From positions 832,001 to 896,000 of the forward strand of contig OY764159.1 in assembly GCA_963668175.1 (NCBI GenBank): a DNA stretch of 64,000 nt, given 5' to 3'. Position 1 is the first letter of the stretch. The number at the start of each line of letters is the position of its first letter. This DNA is from Syntrophales bacterium (lineage in GTDB: Bacteria > Desulfobacterota > Syntrophia > Syntrophales > PHBD01). Under the pieces are notes generated by a model. The model was not told where the DNA came from, searched no databases, and was given only the letters and a program-made list of their open reading frames with translations. Position numbers and translations under genes: made by a program. Positions 46,750 through 56,918 of this stretch are shown here, in pieces.

Positions 46750-48261
46750 TCAAAGCTGAGCGTTCACAGGCGTTGGATCGACGATGGGGAAGTAGAGTGT
46801 GACGTCGGTCCCGCCGCCATCACCGCTTCTGATCTCGAAATGTCCGCCGTGGACCTTGACGATATCCTGAACAATCGCCAACCCCAATCCCCGCATGCCT
46901 TCTTCTTTATGCGTACTGAAGAAGGGTTCCCGCACCTTATCCAATAGTTCCTGAGGAATGCCCGGACCGTTATCGCTCACCGTGATGGCGACCATGCGGC
47001 TGTCCTGCTTCAGGCCGGCGGCGACCGTAATTCTCCCTCCGTCAGGCAGGACTTCCTGGGCGTTTTGGATCAGGTTGAAAAGGGCCGTCTGGACCCGGTA
47101 CCTGTCCACATAGAGAACGGGGATATCGTTGCCGGCTTTGACGGCGATATGGATGGCCGATTTCTGCATCAGAGGCTCCACCAGGGTCAGCGTTTCCTGC
47201 AGGAGATTTTCCACGGAGATCGCCTCAAAGTGGGGTTCAGGCGGCCGTGTGGCGCGGCGCACGTTCTGAATGACCGTATGCAGACGCTGCGCCTGCTGGA
47301 CGATCAGTTCCAGCTTGCGGCGAACGTCGGCCGGCCAGTTATCACGCTCCAGGAGTAATTGCGCCATGCCCGATATGGAGTGGAGAGGCGTCCCCATATC
47401 ATGGGCGAAGGTCGCGGTGAGATAACCGAGAGCGGTCAACTGTTGGAGCTGATTGACCTGGTTCTGCAGTTGAACGACCCGGTGCGTCGCTTCGTTGACC
47501 TTCTCCTGCAACTGGCCGGTCAGTTCCTCGTTTTTCGCCAGGACCTGTTCAATTTCGTCCGCCATCAGGTTGAAGTGATCGGCCAAATGACCCCATTCGT
47601 CTCTGCGGGACAGGGGGATGCGTTTGACCCGCTGTTTGGTTTGGGAAGCGTCGATGGTTTCAATGATAATGCTTAAGGGGCGTCCGATGATCCATCTGTA
47701 GCTTAAGGCCAGGACGGCCACGATCGCCAGAAGCAGGCCGGCGCTGCTGATCATCAGAAGAAAGCGGGCGCTCGCAAGGATCTCGACCCGCGATTGGGAG
47801 AAGGAAATGACGCCGATGACGACTTGCGTGTCCCCTCTTTCCGACGGAAACGGATAAAGAATACCCAACGCCGGCCCCTTGTCGGTGTTAAGGCGCGTAT
47901 AGGCGGGCGCACCCTTGTTGGATGTAGCCAGGACGAGATTCTCAGGCCAGTCGTACTGGAGGCGGCTGGCGCCGGCTATATAATCTGCGTCGTTCTTTTC
48001 AATGGCGAATATGTCGATACGGGCCAACCGTATATCGGACTGGACCATATCTTTCAAGGTGGAATCCAGGGCTGAAAGTCCCTGGCCCGTGGGGAAATGC
48101 TGATAATAGGTGTTGGCTGTTTCCGCCATGTCATACAGACGCTTGATCTGCTGCTCCGTGAGGATTCTATCGAGCGCCTTGAGCTGAATCCATCCCCATA
48201 TGGCCATGGTCAGGGCTAATCCCAGGATCGTCACAATCAATAAGCGGCTGCGGACGGTCAT
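46750..48261 (-). CDS. Membrane sensor histidine kinase (2 TM, periplasmic domain, HAMP, HisKA, HATPase)
   Basis: AHDMGTPL, NLIQNA, DNGPGI, PFFST and GLGL motifs. Confidence 0.95.
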   Translation of the reverse strand: MTVRSRLLIVTILGLALTMAIWGWIQLKALDRILTEQQIKRLYDMAETANTYYQHFPTGQGLSALDSTLKDMVQSDIRLARIDIFAIEKNDADYIAGASRLQYDWPENLVLATSNKGAPAYTRLNTDKGPALGILYPFPSERGDTQVVIGVISFSQSRVEILASARFLLMISSAGLLLAIVAVLALSYRWIIGRPLSIIIETIDASQTKQRVKRIPLSRRDEWGHLADHFNLMADEIEQVLAKNEELTGQLQEKVNEATHRVVQLQNQVNQLQQLTALGYLTATFAHDMGTPLHSISGMAQLLLERDNWPADVRRKLELIVQQAQRLHTVIQNVRRATRPPEPHFEAISVENLLQETLTLVEPLMQKSAIHIAVKAGNDIPVLYVDRYRVQTALFNLIQNAQEVLPDGGRITVAAGLKQDSRMVAITVSDNGPGIPQELLDKVREPFFSTHKEEGMRGLGLAIVQDIVKVHGGHFEIRSGDGGGTDVTLYFPIVDPTPVNAQL

Positions 48262-48419
48262 GATGCTCCCTTAAGGGTTGCTGTGATTTAATGTCTGTCG
48301 AGTGCCCAACATACAGGGATGGTTTTTAAAAATCAAGAATATAGGATATCTGAAGGGCAGCAGACCTTATTCGATGTGTATAGGGAAGAGAAGGCCGCCT
48401 TAGGCAAGGTACGGCATCC

Positions 48420-48455
48420 AAAAAAACAAGGCACGGGAAATTTCCCCGTGCCTTG
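48420..48455 (-). terminator. Rho-independent terminator after the small exported protein gene
   Basis: CAAGGCACGGG / CCCGTGCCTTG stem followed by a T-tract on the minus strand. Confidence 0.85.
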
Positions 48456-48487
48456 TGTTGAAGATAAACTCCACCTTGTCAAGAGTG

Positions 48488-48712
48488 TTATTTTGCGGGT
48501 TTCTCGGCGGGAGCAGCGTCTTCCTTCTTCTCTTTCTTTGCCTTCTTGGCTTTCTTTGCCTTCTTGGCCTTCTTCTCTTCCTTCGCGGGGGCTTTCTCCT
48601 CTGCCTTCGCGGGCTCTTTGGCCGGGGCTGCCGCTGCGGGTTTATCCGCTGCCATGACGGACGAGCACATCAAGAACACAAAACCAATTACCAGCACCAT
48701 TAAACGTTTCAT
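48488..48712 (-). CDS. Small exported Lys/Ala/Glu/Pro-rich disordered protein (Asr-like composition)
   Basis: SD GAAGGAGG. Signal peptide MKRLMVLVIGFVFLMCSSVMA, then PAKE repeats and KKAKKAKKAKK (9-nt tandem units at about 48534-48575). Confidence 0.8.
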   Translation of the reverse strand: MKRLMVLVIGFVFLMCSSVMAADKPAAAAPAKEPAKAEEKAPAKEEKKAKKAKKAKKAKKEKKEDAAPAEKPAK

Positions 48713-48792
48713 TCTAACTTCCTCCTTCTTAATAGTTTTTATTTTCCCGGCTGTTCGTTGCGAACGCCGGTACATCTCCTGTCAATCTTCTG

Positions 48793-49215
48793 CTACTTTA
48801 CGGATGTCCCGGCCGGAGCAGCTTTGATCGCAGCCGCCTTGTCCGGTTTTCCTTCCTGTTTCTTCTTGGAAACATTGTTGACCCGGGTTGCGATAAAGCT
48901 GTCATCCTTCTTGATGTAGGTGACGTAAACCCTGTCACCGACATTAACCTGAACGGGTTTTTCCAACTGGAAGACCATCACCTCGGTAATAGGGTCCTTC
49001 CGTTTGACCGACCGTTCAATTTTCAACACGGTGTCCGTCACCTCGACGACCTTGCCGTTGGCTATCATCCTGGTAATCTTGGACGACGTCGCCTTCGGCT
49101 GAGAGGTTTTGACCGCTTCCGCCTTGTCCGTGCTGATGGATACGGCTTCTCCTGCGAAAAAGATCGCACAACATATAAAGAGCAACCAAATGATCGGATT
49201 CATTAAGCGTCGCAT
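48793..49215 (-). CDS. Exported hypothetical protein with predicted small beta-barrel (OB-like) domain
   Basis: Signal-like N-terminus and a GKVVEV...VGDRVYVTY...ATRV pattern. First gene after the sigma54 promoter. Confidence 0.7.
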   Translation of the reverse strand: MRRLMNPIIWLLFICCAIFFAGEAVSISTDKAEAVKTSQPKATSSKITRMIANGKVVEVTDTVLKIERSVKRKDPITEVMVFQLEKPVQVNVGDRVYVTYIKKDDSFIATRVNNVSKKKQEGKPDKAAAIKAAPAGTSVK

Positions 49216-49246
49216 TTCAATCCCTTGATCTTTCGTGATTAGGCTT

Positions 49247-49262
49247 TGCAACGGTTATGCCA
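49247..49262 (-). promoter_or_regulatory. sigma54 (-24/-12) promoter
   Basis: Minus strand TGGCAT-AACCG-TTGCA versus consensus TGGCAC-N5-TTGCW. Confidence 0.85.
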
Positions 49263-49287
49263 TGCTACAAAAAAGTTTTATATTGTG

Positions 49288-49300
49288 TAAGATATTGTTA
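49288..49300 (-). promoter_or_regulatory. Putative IHF site
   Basis: TAACAATATCTTA versus WATCAANNNNTTR (1 mismatch), in an AT-rich tract between the promoter and the enhancer. Confidence 0.5.
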
Positions 49301-49356
49301 TTTAGGCATTATTTGTGTGTGTCGTTTTTCGTTTCGGCCCGTGAGTCGCAACCGAC

Positions 49357-49393
49357 GGTGATTTAATCCCCATACGGTGGGGAATAATTCACC
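49357..49393. promoter_or_regulatory. Paired upstream activator (enhancer) sites for a sigma54 activator
   Basis: GGTGATTTAATCCCCA and TGGGGAATAATTCACC are near-perfect inverted copies, each quasi-palindromic, about 120-157 nt upstream of the predicted TSS. Confidence 0.65.
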
Positions 49394-49549
49394 ATATGTG
49401 CTTACAAAAGTCATGCTTCGAGCAGCGGTGCGTATGACATGCGGTAAAGGGAATTCGCTTGATTTGATTCCGCCTTGTAAGGTAGATTACAGGATAAGAA
49501 GTTAATGGGCTGTATAATTCAGAAATTCTGCATAGATAAGGATTCCAAA

Positions 49550-50137
49550 GTGAACAAGTCGTTTGATCGTGATCTATACGTCATTTCGGATGATGCGGAC
49601 GTTTTGATCAAGGCGGTGCGAGATGGTGCCGGTATCATCCAGTTGCGGGACAAGTCGGGCAGCAGGGAGACGATTATCGGGAAAGTGAAAGCCGTCATGC
49701 AGTTGAAACACGATAGGCCGTTTAAGTTCATCCTGAACGACGATCCGGCGCTGGCTTTCGAACTCGGTGCAGACGGGGTCCACGTCGGTCAGGACATGTC
49801 GACCCCGGAGACAAGGAATATCATCGGCCCATCCATGATTTTAGGAAAGACGACCCATAATGTCGCCCAGGGCCTGGAAGCCATCAGGGAGGGTGCCGAC
49901 TATATTTCCGTGGGGCCGGTGTATGCGACACCGACCAAACCGGGCCGGCCCGCCGTCGGGCTGGCCTATGTCCGGGAAGCCGTCAAGACGCTGGATATTC
50001 CTTTCGTGGCCATCGGCGGCATCGATCTTGACAATATCGACGATGTCCTGGCTGCCGGGGCCAAAACCATCGGCATTGTAAGGGCGGCTGGCGATGCGAC
50101 TATCATGCTGCAGAAGATCAGGAATAATAGAGCGTGA
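49550..50137 (+). CDS. thiE: Thiamine-phosphate synthase
   Basis: IQLRDK, FILNDD, DGVHVGQD, GPVYATPTKP and AIGGI motifs. Start uncertain (GTG 49550 or ATG 49505). Confidence 0.88.
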   Translation: MNKSFDRDLYVISDDADVLIKAVRDGAGIIQLRDKSGSRETIIGKVKAVMQLKHDRPFKFILNDDPALAFELGADGVHVGQDMSTPETRNIIGPSMILGKTTHNVAQGLEAIREGADYISVGPVYATPTKPGRPAVGLAYVREAVKTLDIPFVAIGGIDLDNIDDVLAAGAKTIGIVRAAGDATIMLQKIRNNRA

Positions 50138-50187
50138 TTCGGTTGACCAAAACGGAAAACGGCGGAAACTTTGTCAAGTCATAAGCG

Positions 50188-50517
50188 GTGGCCGATATGC
50201 GCTCGCCCTCTTCATCGCGCTACAGGAGAACGGGTTCGGTAACGATCTCCGATAAGGCCCGCGATTACCTGATGAAACACGGAAACGCCGTTCATATCTT
50301 CACCACGCGATCAGGTTTCAGCTGGGGCCGCGTCAATCTGGGGCCGTCGGTGCGCCGCGGCGTGCCGAAAAACGCCGTCGAATATGACATGGCCATCGTC
50401 AATCAGACCAAGCTTTATCTTCACAGAGATTTCGACACACCCTTCCCCCTCGTCGTCGACATCCACGAGATCTTGGGCTTAAGGATGCTCTATATCTCCG
50501 GCTGGAAACTGATTTAA
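50188..50517 (+). CDS. Hypothetical protein resembling HesB-like CC/Se-motif small proteins, but lacking the Cys motif
   Basis: VTISDKARDYL...GPSVRRGVP...LYISGWK pattern recalled from that family. Start uncertain. Confidence 0.45.
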   Translation: MADMRSPSSSRYRRTGSVTISDKARDYLMKHGNAVHIFTTRSGFSWGRVNLGPSVRRGVPKNAVEYDMAIVNQTKLYLHRDFDTPFPLVVDIHEILGLRMLYISGWKLI

Positions 50518-50536
50518 TCTGTAATAAAGGCTGATA

Positions 50537-51292
50537 TCAGGGCAGGTTCCAGGATGGACGCAGCCGTCCGTACTCCGGCTCCGGAAGCTGAATCAGTATC
50601 GGCTGCGATGAGGGATCGAGCCAGTGCAGCAACTCTTCCATGTCCTCGGCTGAAACGGCCGTGCAGCCGGATGTCCCTTCCGTTGGCGCAATCCAGATAT
50701 GAAGAAAAATGCAGGAACCTGACCCCGCTGCGACGGGGTTTGTATTGTGTCCGACGACGACCCCGAGTCGGTACTGGCCGTCTTCCCTCAGCATATCTTC
50801 GTGACTTTTCCAGTCCGCCGTAACCTCCGAGGAGGCGACTATTCTGTTGTAGTGGCTTGATTCGGCGTCGTCGATGCACTTGATGTCTGCGGTCAGCCGT
50901 CGATACGGGAGCTTTATCCAGTTGACCTCCTTCACGTCGGCGTAACCGAAAGACGCGCTCAACGAGAAAATACCGGCCGGAGCCTTGCCGTCGCCCTCCT
51001 TCTTCTGCGGTCCGGCGGGAGCCGGTTCAGGGTGAAGGCCTCGACCCCATCCGAGACCCGAACGGCCGACGACGGCTTTTGCGGGATTGCCGACCTGCTG
51101 CCAGGGGGAATGAATATCTTTACGTTCGTATCTTTGCAGCACTGCCGCAGATTCATCCCAGTTCAAGGTTGTGACGACAACAGCCTGGCGGGCTTCGGCA
51201 AGACCGGCCGCATCGCCTTTGGTTGCCAGACCCTGAAAGAACAAAACAGAGGCCACAGCCAACACGACATTGAAGACCGAGAATTCCGACAT
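50537..51292 (-). CDS. YkuD-family L,D-transpeptidase/carboxypeptidase, exported
   Basis: KKEGDGKAPAG and GSCIFLHIW...TSGC (catalytic His...Cys); signal peptide. Confidence 0.88.
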   Translation of the reverse strand: MSEFSVFNVVLAVASVLFFQGLATKGDAAGLAEARQAVVVTTLNWDESAAVLQRYERKDIHSPWQQVGNPAKAVVGRSGLGWGRGLHPEPAPAGPQKKEGDGKAPAGIFSLSASFGYADVKEVNWIKLPYRRLTADIKCIDDAESSHYNRIVASSEVTADWKSHEDMLREDGQYRLGVVVGHNTNPVAAGSGSCIFLHIWIAPTEGTSGCTAVSAEDMEELLHWLDPSSQPILIQLPEPEYGRLRPSWNLP

Positions 51293-51306
51293 ATCCGATC
51301 CTCCCG

Positions 51307-52566
51307 TTATCTGACTCCTTCTACATCCCAGCGGTCATAGCGCATTAAAAGCAGCAGCCCGGGCAGAGCAGCCAGGGTACAGACGATGAAGAAGGCCGTC
51401 CAGCCCCACCATTCCACCATGTAACCTGTCGGCGTTCCTGTCACGTAACGGCTTACAGCCATCAGGCTGCTCAGCAGCGCATACTGGGTGGCGGTGAATT
51501 TGCGATTGCAGAGGCTCATGAGCAGGGCTGCGTAGGCCGCCGTTCCCATGCCGGTGCAGATGTTTTCCGTGCCGATCACGACGCAAAGCGCCCAGATTTC
51601 GCGGCCGGTGAATTCGAGAAGGATGAAGACAAGGGTAGCCGCGCCCTGGAACACGCCGAAGATAAAAAGGGCGCGCTTCAGGCTCCACCTGGACATGACG
51701 GCGCCGCCCAACAATGTTCCCGCGATGGTGGCCGCCATGCCGAAGCCTTTGTAGATCGTGCCCAATTCGGTTCGGGAAAAGCCGATGTGCTTCAGGATGA
51801 AGGGCGTCGTCATCTGCGAGGCTGCGACCTCCCCGATTTTGTAGAGGATGATGAAAAGCAGGATATCGATAGCGCCGGGACGGCGAAAGAAATCGACAAA
51901 GGGAAGAATGACCGCATCGCGGATGGTCTTCGGGGGTTCGATCGCATCGGTGCCGGGCACGGACTGCGAGGGCTCCGGGGCGAGAAGGGTTGCAACGCAA
52001 CCTACGGCCATGGTCAGCCCCATGATGACGTAGACGGCCTGCCAGGACAAAAAATCGGAGAGGATGAGGGCCACGCTGCTGCTGACAAGTATGGCGATCC
52101 GGTAGCCCATGATCCAGACTCCGGCACCGGCGCCCCGTTCCTCGGGGTCCAGGTATTCCGTCCGGTAGGCGTCGAGAACAATGTCCTGGCTCGCGCTCAG
52201 GAAGGCCAGCCCCAGTGCCGCCGCCGCCGTAAGGGCGATTATGGAGGAAGGATTGAAGAATCCCAGGGCGGAGATGGCGGCGATCAGCGCCAGTTGCGTT
52301 ATCATCATCCACCCGCGCCTCCGTCCCAAAAAAGGAGGGATGAAGCGGTCCATGAGGGGCGACCAGATAAATTTAAAGGCGTAAGGCAGTCCGACGAGGG
52401 AAAAGATGCCGATCGTCTTGACGTCGACGCCCTCGGCCACAAGCCAGGCCGAGAGGGTTGAACCCGTCAGGGCGAGGGGGATGCCGGAGGAGAAGCCCAG
52501 AACCAGCATGAGAAGCATCTTCGGAGTGAGATAGATCCTGAACAGTCTGAGAAGGTGTCGGCTCAT
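51307..52566 (-). CDS. ampG: AmpG muropeptide MFS transporter
   Basis: LGFSSGIP, KFIWSPLMDR, GRRRGW, SASQDIVLDAYRTE and TATQYALLSS motifs. Confidence 0.95.
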   Translation of the reverse strand: MSRHLLRLFRIYLTPKMLLMLVLGFSSGIPLALTGSTLSAWLVAEGVDVKTIGIFSLVGLPYAFKFIWSPLMDRFIPPFLGRRRGWMMITQLALIAAISALGFFNPSSIIALTAAAALGLAFLSASQDIVLDAYRTEYLDPEERGAGAGVWIMGYRIAILVSSSVALILSDFLSWQAVYVIMGLTMAVGCVATLLAPEPSQSVPGTDAIEPPKTIRDAVILPFVDFFRRPGAIDILLFIILYKIGEVAASQMTTPFILKHIGFSRTELGTIYKGFGMAATIAGTLLGGAVMSRWSLKRALFIFGVFQGAATLVFILLEFTGREIWALCVVIGTENICTGMGTAAYAALLMSLCNRKFTATQYALLSSLMAVSRYVTGTPTGYMVEWWGWTAFFIVCTLAALPGLLLLMRYDRWDVEGVR

Positions 52567-52579
52567 GGCGTTCCCGGCG

Positions 52580-53365
52580 TTATTTGGCGGCCGCTGCAAT
52601 CAATACGGCAAAGAGATTATGATGCGGCTTGTCGTTTGACAGCTGTTCGGGATGCCATTGGACACCGAGAACGAAGCGGCCTGTTCTTGCCCAGGCCGAG
52701 CCCGGTGCAGGCTCAATGGCTTCGACGATGCCGTCGGAAGCCCAGGCCGTTGCGCGAAGGTCCCGGCCGATCTGATGCGGGGCGACGGCCTGATGATGGA
52801 ATGAATTGGTTTCGAGCATCGAGCCGGATTCCGTGCCGGTAACGCGGGCCACAAGACTGCCCGGTTCCATGCGGACCGGATGGCGGAATCTTCGTTTCAT
52901 AACGCCGCGTCGTTCTCTTCCGGAATGGGGCAGGGTGGTCCGTCCTTCCGGAGGGATCCATTCCGTCCTGATGTCCTGGATGAGGACCCCACCCTGCACG
53001 ATAGAGAGCAACTGGTGTCCGCCGCAGACGCCAAGGACCGGAAGGCTTGTTTCTTCCAGAGCCCACCGGGCAAACGCCATATCGAACCGGTCGCGACGTT
53101 CGGGCATAAGCTCGCCCTGGGGCTGCGCGTGACCCCCGTAATGATCGGGAAGATAATCGTCTCCGCCGATCAAAAGAATACCGTCGAGGTGCGACATGAT
53201 GACATCCGGCCAGGCTTCCCTTTCGGCAGGCGGAAGGCAAACAGGAATTCCGCCGGCGGAGATAACGGCATCCACATAATGCAGAGGCACGCGCAGTACA
53301 TCCCCGGCGCTTTTTTTCCCTGCCTCCAGGGACATATTCAATCCGATGACGGGACGACGACCCAT
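52580..53365 (-). CDS. Peptidase C26 / gamma-glutamyl-gamma-aminobutyrate hydrolase family (class I glutamine amidotransferase-like)
   Basis: RPVIG, GGDD, LGVCGGHQ (nucleophile Cys), NSFHHQA and GVQWHPE motifs. Confidence 0.92.
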   Translation of the reverse strand: MGRRPVIGLNMSLEAGKKSAGDVLRVPLHYVDAVISAGGIPVCLPPAEREAWPDVIMSHLDGILLIGGDDYLPDHYGGHAQPQGELMPERRDRFDMAFARWALEETSLPVLGVCGGHQLLSIVQGGVLIQDIRTEWIPPEGRTTLPHSGRERRGVMKRRFRHPVRMEPGSLVARVTGTESGSMLETNSFHHQAVAPHQIGRDLRATAWASDGIVEAIEPAPGSAWARTGRFVLGVQWHPEQLSNDKPHHNLFAVLIAAAAK

Positions 53366-53653
53366 ATAGACCGCAAAGTTGAACCAAGAATTTCGATGAG
53401 GCCACGCCGTATTCGGGCCTGGTCAACAATAAAACCTGCTCCTGACTATAAGAGAAACGGAGGCCTGTCAACCGATTGTTGCAGGTCTGCACAGGAAGCG
53501 ACTTCAGCAGAACCGTGCAAAGGCTGTTGTAAATAGTGTCGGGACAAGAAAGTGCATCCCTCTTGATTCAAATTCAGGGGGGATGATACGAGATAACCGC
53601 TGTTCACTTTCCGGCTCCAGTCGGGACGGGCATTGTGAAAAGTTGTTCATGGA

Positions 53654-54094
53654 TCATATCGTTGGATTACCGGAAGGTCTTCCCTTCTGTTTCTGCCGAT
53701 CCAGCATATCGGCAAGGGTTAACGATTCGAGTTTTTTTGCGAAAATCTGCGAAGCCTCGCCCCACAGGTCGCGACTGGCACACGATTCCGACCGTTCGCA
53801 GGCCTCAGGATGATCCACACAATCGACCAGGCAGAGCGATCCTTCCAGTGCGCCGATGATTTCTTTCATGGTAATAGCCGCCGGCGGTTTGGCAAGAACA
53901 TAGCCGCCCTTCGATCCCCGGATGGAGTTGATCAGACCGACCGATTTCAACGGCTTGATCAGTTGCCAGAGATATTTCTCTGAAATATTCTGGTAAGTGG
54001 CGATGTCTTTTAAAAGCACCGGTCCCTTCCCGCAATGGGTTGCCAGCTCGATCATCAGCCGTACCCCGTAACGTCCTCTTGTCGATATCCGCAT
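53654..54094 (-). CDS. Rrf2-family transcriptional regulator with Cys ligands (IscR/CymR-like)
   Basis: MRISTRGRYG, SEKYLWQL, RGSKGGY and CLVDC...C...C. Confidence 0.95.
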   Translation of the reverse strand: MRISTRGRYGVRLMIELATHCGKGPVLLKDIATYQNISEKYLWQLIKPLKSVGLINSIRGSKGGYVLAKPPAAITMKEIIGALEGSLCLVDCVDHPEACERSESCASRDLWGEASQIFAKKLESLTLADMLDRQKQKGRPSGNPTI

Positions 54095-54132
54095 CGTTTC
54101 CCCCGCTGTTTCGTTGCTTTGCCATCATATAA

Positions 54133-54149
54133 TCTACTGTTTCAGTAGA
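54133..54149. promoter_or_regulatory. Palindromic Rrf2 operator 1 (at the rrf2 promoter; TTGACA 54177-54172)
   Basis: Perfect palindrome TCTACTG-TTT-CAGTAGA directly after the minus-strand -10. Confidence 0.75.
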
Positions 54150-54312
54150 AATTATTTTCCCGGCTGGTATTTGTCAAGCAATATCTTTTTCGCCGGCCAT
54201 GAAGGCTCGAAATGTATGGAACAGCATTTGCCGTATCACGGCAAGACCGGTTCCAAGCGGTTTATGAAGAGAATGATAAAAAATTTCTTGACAAAATAGA
54301 CCAGACAGAATA

Positions 54313-54329
54313 TCTATTATTTCAGTAGA
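54313..54329. promoter_or_regulatory. Rrf2 operator 2 overlapping the -10 of the metY operon promoter (TTGACA 54288-54293)
   Basis: TCTATTA-TTT-CAGTAGA, 15/17 identical to operator 1. Confidence 0.72.
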
Positions 54330-54373
54330 GATTCAAGCGAAACTCTTTTTTAACGATACCGGGGTAATTCTTC

Positions 54374-54520
54374 ATGGAATGGTTCACTTTTCATAAGCCG
54401 TTGAAACCGAAACAACGCGTCGGTGTTCCGGATACATTGTTAATGCGTCTCGTCTTTAGGTTCATGTGTGGCATCAAGACCATGTGTTGCGTCACGACAT
54501 GGGGAGGAGTGCTTATGTAG
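54374..54520 (+). CDS. Candidate Met/Cys attenuation leader peptide (48 aa; not in ORF track)
   Basis: MEWFTFHKPLKPKQRVGVPDTLLMRLVFRFMCGIKTMCCVTTWGGVLM*. GGGGT SD 8 nt upstream; the stop lies inside the antiterminator. Confidence 0.65.
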   Translation: MEWFTFHKPLKPKQRVGVPDTLLMRLVFRFMCGIKTMCCVTTWGGVLM

Positions 54521-54548
54521 CTCATTCGTACCAGACAATGAGCAACGT

Positions 54549-55954
<1,406 letters not shown>

Positions 55955-55982
55955 ACATGAAAAACCCGAAAGGAGCAGGTTC

Positions 55983-56906
55983 ATGAACATCTATGACGAT
56001 ATCACCAAGACCGTCGGCCGAACGCCCCTGGTCAGGCTTAAGCGCTTGAGCGAAGGCTGCGGGGCCGACATCGTGTTGAAACTGGAGTCTTTTAACCCCT
56101 TGTCCAGCGTCAAGGACCGGATCGGCGTCGCCATGATCGAAGATGCCGAAAGGAAGGGGTTGCTGAAAGATGGTGCCGTCATTATCGAACCGACCAGCGG
56201 CAATACTGGCATAGCCCTGGCCTTCGTCGCCGCCTCAAGAGGGTATCGTCTCATTTTGACCATGCCCGATACGATGAGTATAGAAAGGCGGCAATTGCTG
56301 GAAATCCTCGGCGCAGAACTGGTCCTGACGCCCGGCGGTGAGGGGATGAAAGGAGCCGTGGCCAAGGCCGAAGATTTAATCAAGGACATACCGGGGGCCG
56401 TGATGCTCCAGCAGTTCAATAATGCGGCCAACCCGGAAATACACCGGCGTACAACCGCCGAGGAGATCTGGCGGGATACGGACGGCAAAGCGGATATCCT
56501 TGTCGCCGGTGTCGGCACCGGCGGAACGCTAACAGGTATCGCCGAAGCAGTCAAAGCCAGAAAAGGGGATTTCAAGGCGATAGCCGTCGAACCGGAGGCA
56601 TCGCCCGTCTTGTCCGGTGGTATGCCGGGACCTCACAAGATACAGGGAATCGGCGCCGGTTTCGTGCCGCAGGTTCTTAATCGCAGCGTTATCGACGAAG
56701 TGGTCAAGGTCTCAAGCGACGATGCCGGACTCATGGCCCGGCGTCTGGCCCGGGAAGAGGGCATCCTCGTGGGCATATCGAGTGGGGCCGCCCTTTGGGC
56801 CGCCCTGAAGATTGCAGAAAGGAAAGAGAACCAGGGAAAGATGATCGTGGTGATTATTCCCGATACGGGGGAACGGTACCTGACGACCTGGTTGTTCAAA
56901 GAGTAG
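55983..56906 (+). CDS. cysK: Cysteine synthase A
   Basis: [33 protein letters not shown] and PDTGERYL motifs. Confidence 0.97.
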   Translation: MNIYDDITKTVGRTPLVRLKRLSEGCGADIVLKLESFNPLSSVKDRIGVAMIEDAERKGLLKDGAVIIEPTSGNTGIALAFVAASRGYRLILTMPDTMSIERRQLLEILGAELVLTPGGEGMKGAVAKAEDLIKDIPGAVMLQQFNNAANPEIHRRTTAEEIWRDTDGKADILVAGVGTGGTLTGIAEAVKARKGDFKAIAVEPEASPVLSGGMPGPHKIQGIGAGFVPQVLNRSVIDEVVKVSSDDAGLMARRLAREEGILVGISSGAALWAALKIAERKENQGKMIVVIIPDTGERYLTTWLFKE

Positions 56907-56918
56907 AGTGACGTATCC

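Noticed and set aside
49400..49549. TPP riboswitch upstream of thiE
   Set aside because: No CTGAGA / ACCTG / AGCGTAGGGA core seen.
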